Shown here: in pieces, positions 13,225 to 23,799 of the stretch
Position numbering within the stretch: the stretch's first letter is position 1
Layout: each line of letters opens with the position of its first letter
Origin: Hemiscyllium ocellatum
Taxonomy: Eukaryota
Reading direction: 5' to 3'
Assembly (NCBI RefSeq): GCF_020745735.1
Contig: NC_083409.1
Coordinates: 14,851,873 to 14,915,872 of the forward strand
Length of the DNA stretch: 64,000 bases
The notes under the pieces: generated by a model
The model's input: only the letters and a program-made list of their open reading frames with translations
Database searches by the model: none
What the model was told of the DNA's origin: nothing
Program-made: the position numbers and the translations under genes

Positions 13225-13950
13225 TCTCTGGTTACTAGTTTATACAGTTAATGGTCGGGCCCTGTTGCTGAGCAAAGAGACCTTGGGATGCAGGTGCACA
13301 GTTTCTTGAAAGAGGAGTTGCCGGTAGAAAGAGTGGTGAAGAAGGCATTTGGCATGCTTGCCTTCAATGGTCAGAACATTGACTGTAGTGGTTGAGGCAT
13401 TGCGTTGCAGCTATACAGGACATTGGTGAGGCCTCGCCTGGAATACTGTATACAGTTCTGATCGCTTTTCTATAGGAAGGATGTTAAACTTGAGAGAGTG
13501 CAGAAAAGATTTACAAGTATGTTGCTGGGACTGAGTTACAGGGAGAGGCTGAATAGGCTGAAGTATTTTTCCCCATTTGCATTGGAGGCTGAAGGGTTTT
13601 TGCAGAAGTTTGTAAAATCATGAGGGGCATGGATGGGGTGAATAGCCAAGATTTTTTTCCCAGGGCAGGGGAGCCATAAACTTGAGGGCCAAGGTTTAAG
13701 GTGAGAGGTGAAGATTTAAAAAGGGCCTGAGAGGTAACGTTTTCAGGCAGAGGGTGCTGTATACATGGAATGAGCTGCCAGAGTGGTGGAGAGGGGTTCA
13801 ATTTTAACTTTTCGAAAGCATCGGGATGGGTACATGAATAGGAAGGGTTGAGAAGGATATGGACCAAATGCTGGCAAAGTGGGCTAGGTCGCATTGAGAT
13901 ATCTGGTTTGTGCGGGTGAGTTGGGTCTGCTGTATAACTGACTCTGTGAC
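13225..13950 (+). mobile_element. CR1 LINE 3' fragment
   Basis: CR1 RT C-terminal and 3' UTR sequence, similar to other copies in the window. Confidence 0.75.
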
Positions 13951-14949
13951 CACTTGCCTTTTGACCCCCATGCTCAATCAATCTTTTGAGATGAAATATT
14001 TCGTGGCCAGAACTGTTTGGAGTTTAACATTGTTTTAAAAAAAATGCATTTGTAATGAAGTCGATCTGTTTATTCTGTATATGACAAAGAAAGAGAATAA
14101 ATCATTATTTTTAAAGATGAAATGTTGGCAGAAGGTTGCATTTGACACAAAATCTGTATACTTGCTGCTGCAGAATATTATATGTTCATATAGAATATAA
14201 TCAGTTCAGTTGGGTGGCTTTTTGAGATGTGCCTTAAAGCAGTCTAGTGGGTGAAAGATTTCTCCAAAGTATTGAGTATTGTTGGAATGGAGAACTGCCA
14301 CATATATTGTGATCCGACCCCCATGGTGAAACTTTTCAAATAATGAAATGGACAAGATCACTGCCCATTCATATTCAATCCCCTTTTATACATGACATAT
14401 GACCTTTGTTTTGCTTCCCACTTCCCTATCTCTATCTCCTGAGGATCTGAAACCTGAATACAGACTGAGGTAACTAGTTGTTGTCAGGAACAACCACTTA
14501 ACCCATGCTGTTAGTGATTTAAGTGGGAATAAAATGGCTTCTCGATGCAAATAATATGACAAAAAGGCTTCTCAGCTGCAAATTGACAATTCTGTTAAAA
14601 GCTGCATAAAATAGCTTTTAGCGCTGTTCGAGCTGCATAATTGACTAATCACAGTCTGCCTCAACAGGATTAGCAGACAATGCTTCCTTTACAGCATAGA
14701 AATAACTAGACTAGATGAGACATTACTGGCCACCCTAACTGACCTTCAAGTGCAGATGGCAAGACTCGGTTAGTGAGGTGAGGGTGGCTTAAATGTTGGA
14801 AAACAAAGTTGGTTCCCAGGAAATATCATTGGAGCGAGTAGCTTTCAATTAAGATTGTTTCATAAGTTAGTTGGTAATTGTCTGAATGTACTATACGATA
14901 ATGGCCTGTACCTTTCTTTAAGAGAAGTATAAAAATGTCTGTTTTAAGG

Positions 14950-15407
14950 GGTATCGGTTTGCTCGCTGAGCTGTAGGTTTGATATCCAGACGTTTCATTA
15001 CCTGGCTAGGTAACATCATCAGTGGTGACCTCCTAGTGAAGCAAAGCTGTTGTCTCCTGCTTTCTATTTATTTCTTCCTCCTGTATGGGGTTCCTGTGGT
15101 TTGTGGTGATGTCATTTCCTGTTCATTTTCTGAGTGTTTGATAGATGGTATCTAGATCTATGTGTATGTTTATGGCGTTGTGGTTGGTGTGCCAGGCCTC
15201 TAGGAATTCTCTGGCATGTCTTTGCTTAGCCTGTTCCAGGATAGATGTGTTATCCCAGTCGAAATGGAGGGTTTTTTCATCTGTGTGTAGAGCTACGAGG
15301 GAGAGAGGGTCGTGTCTTTTTGTGGCTAGCTGGTGTTCGTGTATCCTGGTGGCGAACTTTCTTCCTGTTTGTCCTATGTAGTGTTTGTGGCAGTCCTTTT
15401 ATTTTCT
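14950..15407 (-). mobile_element. Penelope-like element 3' fragment (GIY-YIG endonuclease plus pLTR)
   Basis: Minus strand reads CHKHYIGQTGRKFATRIHEHQLATKRHDP...FDWDNTSILEQ...REFLEAWH, followed by a pLTR containing a hammerhead motif. Confidence 0.85.
14986..15025 (-). ncRNA. Minimal type I hammerhead ribozyme motif (Penelope type C), core intact
   Basis: CCA-CTGATGA-T-GTTACC-TAGCCA-GGTAAT-GAAAC-GTC-TGG: stem I CCA/TGG, 6-bp stem II, palindromic ACGT in place of stem III. Confidence 0.8.
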
Positions 15408-15689
15408 GGTAACAATCAATCCCATCACTAACCTGCAAACCTCCCTTCTCCTTTAACTTCCATTTTCTCATTTTCCATCCAACTGTTCCAGTTATTTTCT
15501 TTTTGAATCATATTCAGGCTGATATTTATCCCTGAACAAACATCACTCAAAATGTTCCTTGGCTCAATGTTACTTGTGGGTACAATCTGGCTTCCACATT
15601 TCCTGCATTCCTTCAGTGAGCACATTTCAAACAAGCCCCACACTGTCTGCAAATGTCTTGGGGACAGCATGGATCAATTCTTTGGATGA

Positions 15690-16075
15690 ACTGGGAGTCT
15701 TTCAGATGTGAAAGATGCCGTTCCAATGTTGCACAGTCCTCCTCCTGAACTACAGTTCCTGCTTTGTCCCTCTCTTTTGTGAAAACAGACCGAAAGTTTT
15801 CATGAGGAACCATTGCTCCATCTCCCACCCCCGCACACAAGTTCCCTTCCTGCTCTCGAATGGGCCTCATACATTCCTTCATTCTCCTATTGTTCTTTCT
15901 GTGATTATAAAACATCACCTGGGATTTCCTTCACTTCATTTGGACACATCTCATCCTGTCAGCTCTTTGCTTTCCTCAGGTCCTGGTTACTTTCCCTCTT
16001 GCATTTTGTCTTTCAGCTCATTTTTACCAAATCATTGCCCAGTTCAGTAAAATGGTTTGTTCCCAAGTGAAAACT
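15690..16075 (-). mobile_element. CR1 LINE ORF2 fragment
   Basis: ORF 15613-15918(-) reads ...PIREQEGNLC...ENFRSVFTKE, typical of CR1 ORF2. Confidence 0.7.
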
Positions 16076-16447
16076 TTTACACTTGCTCCATAGTTCTCTA
16101 TTTCCATCCCTACTCTCAATCTCACTGAGTTCTGATCACTGTCACTGAAATGCTCCCCCATTGATAGCCCTTCCAGCTGCCCACATTCATTCCCTCAATA
16201 ATGGTCCAAGACTGTCTCTTCTCTTTCACTATCACCCTCTCAGGGGAAATTAGGGATGGGTAATGAATGCTGGCCCGACCAGTGACACCCACATCCCAAG
16301 ATGTAATTTAAACAATGTCTGTTCTTTTATGGGGTTTATGAGGAGTTGGCGACAAATGTTCAAAATGGATTGTTTTGCCAGTTCATGTTCGGAGAGTTAA
16401 AATCCCTTCAAAAGGCAGGGATTAAAATTGCTTCTCTTGTCTTTCAA

Positions 16448-16781
16448 CCTGAGAGAACTCTCAGCCCAAGCTGACCCTGCTGCCCCCTCCCCGGAGCAGA
16501 TCAGTACCAAAGGCACTGCCACCCTGGTGTGCCTTGCCAATCACTTCTATCCCGATAAGCTGGCGGTGCAGTGGAAGAAGGACGGTGCAGTCATTTCGGA
16601 CGGGGTTCAGACCAGCAACTACCTGCGAGCTTCGGACAGCACCTACAGTGTCAGCAGCCTGCTGACCCTCTCTGGGTCTGACTGGGAGTCCAACGCTCGC
16701 TTCTCCTGTGCCCTCACGCATGTGGCCCTCCCCTCTACCCTCAGCAAGAGCATCAGGAGATCAGAATGTGTGTGTGTGTGA
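16448..16781 (+). pseudogene. IGKC: Ig light chain kappa (type III/NS4) constant exon, copy 1; canonical acceptor lost; no V/J found upstream
   Basis: SPEQISTKGTATLVCLANHFYPDKLAVQWKKDG...YSVSSLLTLSGSDWESNARFSCALTH...SECVCV*; both Cys and the Trp are present. Acceptor reads ttcAA (16446-16447) where copy 2 has ttcAG. Five C in the LPPS run where the reading frame needs six. Stop shifted by a GT microsatellite. Confidence 0.9.
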
Positions 16782-17299
16782 GACAGTCCACAGAGGAGAC
16801 ACAACTTTAAATAGAACAGCGCTGAGCTGGCAGAACAAAGGTCGTTGTCAGCACTGAATTTCAACTCTCTTCCTTCTTGGGATTGGTTTGGCGACACTTC
16901 TGAGGTTCAAGTGTTAAGGCAGGTCATTGCGATCATCAAAAAGAAGCTCTACTCTCTATCAAACCCCATGCTGTCCCTGTTCTGGGAGTGTTTGACTGGG
17001 GCAGTGATGACCTGTGATGCCAAATCAAACCTATTGAAAATGCTGAAATCTGTCAGCTGTACAAAACAATGTGAACCTCAGAAGTCTCTGCTTCAGTAAA
17101 ACAGACCTACTTCCTGCTCAGCTATCAGTTCCAATTTTAGGTTTTGTCCCTGTTTAAAGGGACATGATTCTTAGGTTATTGAGAAAATCTCCACAAGTGT
17201 TTTCCTCAAGCTCCATTGTGGCTGTGAATTTGTGCAGCTCCCTCTGTCTGGGCTGTTAATTGCTGACTGTTTTCTGTCAATGTCAATCTGGAAAAGGGG

Positions 17300-17305
17300 A
17301 ATAAA
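17300..17305 (+). promoter_or_regulatory. Probable polyadenylation signal of kappa C copy 1
   Basis: AATAAA about 520 nt after the stop, conserved at the homologous position in copy 2 (33173-33178, minus). Confidence 0.6.
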
Positions 17306-18816
17306 GATGAAGAAGATTCAGTCTCTGTCTCGTGTGTGCTTTGGAAATGGCCAGAGCTGAAGCCTCAGGGAAAACTGTGTGAAGTGTTCACCTCCACGCT
17401 CAAGGCCTGGAGAATGAGGGAGAGAATCGAGGGGGCAATGGGGTCCCCGGAGCAGGAGGGCAATGCTACCATTGTGTCCAGAAGGGGCACTTTCAGTAGT
17501 AATGCACAACCCCAAGGAAGTCTTTCCCAATAAATAGGGAAAAGAAGGAAGGCAGAAGAGGACAATGGGGAACACAATAATCTGATGGATATTCCCCATC
17601 AACCCTCACCCATCCCTTCGGCACAGCAAGATTACAAGCCAAGAAATTCAAATCAACTGTTTGGGAGCCAGAGCCACTGGGAACCCTATATTGATGAATG
17701 TGACCAGCAGGACCTTGTTACTCAGAATAACAATTGCACAATAACAATTTGGGAAATAAATATTCCATAAATTAGACCTGGGTTTTCTTTACTCTTCAAA
17801 TGAGATGGAATTGCCCCGTGTGTCCCTGGGGTCAGATTGAGAATGTTCAGTCTGGGGGAGTCTGGGAGTCACGGCTGGGGAGGACAGTCAATGATAAACT
17901 GGTTCCACTTTCTGCTGTCATATTCTGTAGCCCCTGGGCCATCTCAGTGACAACCATCCAGGGCTCAGGGTGGATTCCAGAGCAGCTCATTGTCCTGACT
18001 GTTGTGTTCCTCAGTCCACACGTGGCTCCAGCAATCTCACTCCATGGTTCTCGTACCAGTGGGAACCATGGGGCTGAAATCTTATCCAAACAGACCCTCA
18101 CACAGCGGGGAGGCTGCTGGTGGCTCAGAAACCCCTTGGATTCAGTCCCAGATTCCACTGCGGCTCTTTCATCAAACACAGCATTAGCACACTGACACCA
18201 CATTCAGAGGGCAATCCTGAGATGGGGCAAGTTTGGTTCTTGATTCTAATGTGAGGAAATGGGGGCTGGGTGTGAAATGTCTAGTCTGAAACTGGTGGGG
18301 GTACTTTATAATGAAGAATAGAAACTGATGTCGGAATAAAGTCAGGTGTTGATGGGAATGAGAACTATCTCAGTGATCTGTCTCCAGAATCCACAGACTA
18401 CACACATCCTTCTGTCAGATCCTGTAGTCTGAGAAGAGTCCTTGACATCTAATATTTCTCCAACTTTCCCAAAAAAGGTGAAATATTTTCTGTGTCAGTG
18501 ATTCCCTGGAACAGGACATTTTAAAAAGGGCTGTGGGAAGGGAATCGTTGGCTCTCAATGACAAAGCCAATGGAAGGATGTGGAGCTGGCTCTGTGAAAT
18601 GTTAGGGCACAGAGGATGACACCAGAAACATTTCAATGTTGTCGCTCTCTCCTTTGCAATTGCTAAACTGGTAATAATTGGTATTCCCTCACAATGTGCT
18701 CTCTTGTATTCGATCCATTTGCCTTTCTTGCTTTGCTTCTTTTGACTTTGTTCTGTGGGTAAGTTCCATCAAAACCCAATCTCCTCACACTCATCCAGGC
18801 CCCTGAAGAGATTCAA

Positions 18817-19190
18817 GACAAAGAAAAACTGCAAATGCTGGAGTCCAAGGTTGACAAGCAGGAGGCTGGGAGAACACAGCAAGCCAGGCAGCATCAGAAG
18901 GTGGAGAAGTCAACATTTTGTCTGTAACACTTCTTCAGGACTGGTGGTGGGTGTTGGGGGAGCTGCAGATAAAGGGAGTGGTGGGGGCAGAGTGGTGAGA
19001 TGGGGATAGGTGAAGGTAAGTAGAGGGTAATATCTGATTGGTTGATGGGAGGGATGAATACAAATTAATCTCTCCATCGATTAATCAGGTCATACTCTCT
19101 ACCATTCTCAACCTATCCCTCCCTCAACACCCTGCTCCACCCCATCCCCTTTAAGCCCTTTTCAAATTTTTCCTCATCACACAGCCCATT
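18817..19190 (-). mobile_element. Penelope-like pLTR fragment with decayed hammerhead (type D)
   Basis: Minus strand CTGAAGAAGTGTTACAGACAAAATGTTGAC at about 18909-18941, followed by a typical pLTR tail. Confidence 0.55.
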
Positions 19191-22042
19191 CATTGGGTAA
19201 ATTCATTGGGTAAAACTCCTGTGAACCACCTCCGATGCATTTATATTCTTCCTTCAATAAGGAGACCAAAACTGCCCTCAGTATTTGAGATGTGGTCATA
19301 CCAATGTCCAGGAATAACTGAAACATCACAGTCTCACTCTCTGGTCCTTAAGCACGCCTACTCCGACTTTTACCAGGCTTTTTACTGTCCATCTCTAATT
19401 GCCCTGGACCTGGTGGTGATTAGCTGCCTTCTTGAATCCCTGCAGTCCGTGTGCTGTTGGTAGATCCACAATGTCCTTAGGAAGGGAATTCCAGAATTCT
19501 GACCCAGTGATGATGGAGGAACAGCTTCATATTTCCAAGTCAAACTGGTGAATGACTTGGAGAGGAACTTGCTGGGGTGATGGTCCCGTGTATCTGCTGC
19601 CCTTGTCCAAATATAAGTGGTCATGGGTTTGGAAGCTGTTGTCTCAGGATCTTTGGTGAATCTCTGCAGTGCATCTTGTAAATAGTACACAGAGCTGTTA
19701 CTGAGCGTCGGTGTGGGGGGAATGCATGTGTGTGAATGCGGTTCCAATCAAGCAGGCTAAACATGTTTTGAACAATATTTAATTAAAATAAGATAAAACA
19801 ACATAAAATTAAATATAAATAAAAATTTGCTGGCTTTTAGATAAACCATCACTGAACCCAAAAAGTTAACTCCTCCTCTCCCCACAGAGGCTGCACCTGT
19901 TGCCTTTCTCCAGCATCGCGCTTCTATTTGAGATTTGCAGTATTTTGTTTATGTATCTGTTTTAATGCCATTGGTTATAAGAGAAGCATTGGTCAGCACA
20001 CTGGGGAGAGTTTCCCTGAGATGGTCACAAAGCCCTTATATTCACATCGACCTGAGAGGGCAGTGGTTTAACCGATCATCCAGCAGATGGCGTCTTTGCC
20101 TTTGCCTGTCTGAGGATAGTGCTCCAGTGTCTGGAATGGAGCTTGAAACCTGCAGGTTCAGGTGACGGTGTTATCACTGGGGCCATGTATTCTTTCCTGT
20201 GATGTGGGTGTCACTGGCAAGACCAGCATTTGTTCTCCATCCCTAACTGCCCTGAAACTGAGTGGCTTGCTTGGCCTTATAAATGGTAGGTACCTGGAAC
20301 ACACTGCCAGAGGAGGGGGTGGAAGCAGACACAATAGAAGTATTCAACAAATACCTGCACTAATGCATGAATAGGAAGGGAATAGATGGATATGAGTCCT
20401 GTAGCTGAAGACAGTTTCAGTGAGGTAGGGCAAAATGTGTAAGCACAGGCTGGGAGGGCCGAAGGGCCTGTTCCTGTGCTGTATTGTTCCTTGTTTTTTG
20501 ATCCCTGCTGTTGAATTGGATTCTCGGGAGCCAGCTCCGTATGAAGAGCCTGTTCTCATTCTTTTGTTGGAGTTCATGGGGCAGCTGCTGCTTCCTTGCT
20601 ACGTCACTGATCAAACCAACAATGTGGAAAGCCTCTTGATATTTTAAATAAACTGTCTGCAGGAAAATGTTTGGCCGAGGTTTTAATATTGTTTAATAAG
20701 ATAATGACGTCAATACACCAGTGTTGTTTACAGCTGGGAACATTTACCATCATAGTCCGAGAATTAAACGGACCCTCACTCGTGATAATACAGTTTTTTT
20801 TAAATGTTTCTTTCTCCTTACGTGTTATGAAGTGGTTTGCAAGTTTTGATGAGGACAGTACATCTTCAACACTGATTGATGGAGTGGGCAGCTGTTTGAA
20901 TTCTCACTTGTGATAATACGGTTTTAAATGTGTCAGTGTTACTTTCCCCCCTCTCTGAGTTGGGGGGGGGGTGTCGCTGTCACTGTCACTATCCCTACCC
21001 CACCCTTCACTCTCGGGGTGATACCATTTTTAGCATCCTTTCTGTTTGAGAATGTCCCTATTCTTGTCCCCCCTCTCTCAGGGACGGGGTGAGTGTTTCA
21101 CATGCACCTGGTTTGTTAGTTCCATTTACTGTCTTGTGAACTGGGTAAACATCTTTGAGGCTCATGCCCGAAACGTCGATTCTCCTGCTGTTTGGATGCT
21201 GCCTGACTTGCTGCGCTTTTCCAGCAACACATTTTCAGCTGTGAACTGGGTAATCCCTGTTTTACTCTGGTAACAGTGAGTTAAAGCCCGGCACAGTTCA
21301 CCCTTTATCTCCATCATATCTCAGGACCTAAGGTTGGTCAGTACTGTCTGGCTCCAGAACAATCCCACCACTTCCCGCACTTCTCCTTCTTTTCTGAACA
21401 CCTTGTATCCAGGAATTCCCAGTCCCACCCGATCTCTGTTAAAGCCACAGCATCAGATTTGTACTTGGCAATCTGCATCTGTAACTCCCCAATACTGTAT
21501 TATTGACCCATTTCAGTCTGTTTCCCATCAATCAGGGTCCTTAATCGGCAAAGGCTGCCTTTAAATAATCTCAGTGACTGTGAAGACCTGGTGAGGTTGG
21601 GAAAAATCCGAAGGATCAGTTGTCCCATATCGTATTACATACAGGGCCCGGGATACAACAACCGGTACCCGGGACTCCAGGGGGCCCGTTGTGCTTGGAT
21701 CTGGGACTGAGGAGCAAGAGCGGGGCCTGTAATCTCTGATCTCTGTCCCTGATTTGTGGGTCCTCTCTGATGGAGATCATTGTCAAATCCATTGTCAAGA
21801 TCGCCACCTCTTGGCCTGGAGAAGCAAGGACATGCAGTGCTCGTGGGAATAACCTAAATGTGATCAGAGGACAAGGTCAAAAATCATACGACACCAGGTT
21901 ATAATCCAATAGGTTTATTATAAGACACAAGCCTCGCCCCTTATTCAGGTGCTCAGAGGAGCAAATAAGGTGAATTTAATCAACAGAGAAAACAAACTCT
22001 GCTGTTCATTTCCTTCTCGGTTGACTCCATTCTCCTAAATGA

Positions 22043-22237
22043 GCTGAAAATGTGTTGCTGGTTAAAGCACAGCAGGTTAGGCAGCATCTCAGGAATAGGG
22101 AATTCGACGTTTCGAGCATAAGCCCTTCATCAGGAAACGTCGAATTCCCTATTCCTGAGATGCTGCCTAACCTGCTGTGCTTTAACCAGCAACACATTTT
22201 CAGCTGTGATCTCCAGCATCTGCAACCTCATTTTTTC
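22043..22237 (+). mobile_element. Young Penelope pLTR fold-back insertion with 18-bp target-site duplication
   Basis: Identical 72-bp inverted arms at 22042-22113 and 22134-22205 with a 20-nt spacer. TSD CTCCATTCTCCTAAATGA at 22025-22042 and 22238-22255. Confidence 0.9.
22101..22136 (-). ncRNA. Minimal hammerhead ribozyme motif (type A), core intact
   Basis: TTC-CTGATGA-A-GGGC-TTAT-GCTC-GAAAC-GTC-GAA. Confidence 0.75.
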
Positions 22238-22683
22238 CTCCATTCTCCTAAATGATATGAACAAGAGAAAAGGCAAGAATAAAGAGTATAAGGACACCAC
22301 CAGTGACCTCCTGAAATTCATAAGAACTCTCATCCAGCACTTTGATGAAAAGTAAGAGTATGTGAACAATGCTTGGTGACATTGTCCTGCTTTTTCAATT
22401 TTTAGCATCGATTCAATGCATGAAGAGTCTTTCTTCCTCCTTCCCACCTTGAAACTCTGAGATGATCAAACCCAGCCACAGTTCATGTGACGGGTTGAGG
22501 GGATTGTCTAATGATCAAAAGAGGGGATTGAGAAGTATGGGAGGAGATTTCACTAAAACATTTTAAATTCTCCAGGGCCCTGACAGGGTAGATTTTGGAA
22601 GGATGTGCCCCTACCTGGGGATTCTAAAGCAGAGTCACAGTCTGAGAATAAGAGGTTAGACATTTCGATCAGAGATGAGGAAT

Positions 22684-22860
22684 GGGTGGCACAGTGGCTG
22701 ACACCACTGCCTTACAGCGCCAGGGACCTCGGTTTGATTTCACCCTCAGGTGACTGTCTGTGTGGAGTTTGTATGTTCTCCCTGTATCTGCATGGATTTC
22801 CTCTGGGTGGCCCAGTTTTCTCTCTTCGTCCAAAGATGTGCAGTTTAGGTGGATTGATTC
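22684..22860 (+). mobile_element. HE1-type V-SINE, 5' part
   Basis: tRNA-like head plus V-domain tgtgtggagtttg...ccaaagatgtgcag. Confidence 0.8.
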
Positions 22861-23480
22861 TCATTAATAATACAGTATGTAGTTAAGGCCTCACCACAGA
22901 ATCCTTGTGGAACACCGCTTGTCACTTTCTTTCTCTGTTGTCTGTCACTAAACCAGCCTCTGAACCAAGACAAACATTCATCTTAAATCCCATGGGTTTC
23001 AACTTTGGACAGCAGACTGATTTGTGGGAAATTATCGAGTACTTCTGAAAGTTGATAAAACTATATGCCCTATCGACTATTTTAATTAATGCTTTTGGTT
23101 CATTAGTTAGAACCTACCCATCACAAATCTATGTGGGCTATTTCCAATTCTCTATATGTTCATTCCCTTGGCTGTTAATTGTAGGTTCCAATGAAACCCT
23201 CAAAAGAGATGTTAGATTGACCAGAATGTAATTTCCACAGTTCCCGTTCCCATCTTTCTTGAACCTGTGGAGTTACAGCAGGATATTTTCCAAACTAAAG
23301 GAATGGTTGCTGTTTTGGAATCTTATGGAAAAATCTTCTGAAAATTCTTGCCCCCTTTCCCCCTTTCTTTAAACCCCTGAGGCCCTGCAGATCTGTCAGC
23401 CTTTAGAGCTACTCGTTTTCCAATGCTGTTTTCTGGCATGTATCAAGTTTTGTGAATGCCAGTCTTCAATTGGATTACAT

Positions 23481-23799
23481 GGTGGTTTAATGGTTAGCAT
23501 TACTGCCTCACAGTATTGGGGACCCAGGTGCGATTCCTACGTCAGGTGACTGTGTGGAGTTTGCACATTCTCCTTCTGTCTGTGTGGAGTTCCTCTGGGT
23601 GCTCCAGTTTCCTTCCACAATCCAAAGATGTGCAGGTTAGGTGAATTGATTGCGCTAAATCGCCCATCGTGTTAGGTGCATTAGTCAGGGGTAAATATAA
23701 GATTGGATAATGGGTCTGGGTGGGTTGCTCATTGGAGGATCAGTGTGGACTTGTTGGACCAAATGGCCTGTTTCCATACTGTTGGGAGTCTAATCTAAT
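23481..23799 (+). mobile_element. HE1-type V-SINE
   Basis: Head, V-domain and ...ctaatctaat tail. Confidence 0.85.

Larger units (their letters stand above)
22020..22351 (+). pseudogene. RNASEL: RNase L-like KEN (ribonuclease) domain exon, interrupted by a 213-bp insertion
   Basis: Removing 22043-22255 gives VDSILLNDMNKRKGKNKEYKDTTSDLLKFIRTLIQHFDE-K|GTAAGA, versus recalled human RNase L [42 protein letters not shown]. Same 0/2 phases as human exon 6. Acceptor reads CG (22018-22019), not AG. Confidence 0.8.

Noticed and set aside
14545-14552. Perfect octamer ATGCAAAT 1.9 kb upstream of C copy 1 as an intronic enhancer
   Set aside because: Single 8-mer; another occurs by chance inside a CR1 tail (46887-46894); no supporting homology to the copy-2 intron.
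18694-18764. Hydrophobic leader-like mini-exon MCSLVFDPFAFLALLLLTLFCG|GTAAGT
   Set aside because: Phase 2 and 65 nt do not fit an Ig leader; T-rich DNA yields such peptides by chance; no downstream V.
21324-21560. DLRLV... ORF resembling the start of RNase L exon 4
   Set aside because: The minus strand is a CR1 endonuclease fragment (IPGYKVFRK).
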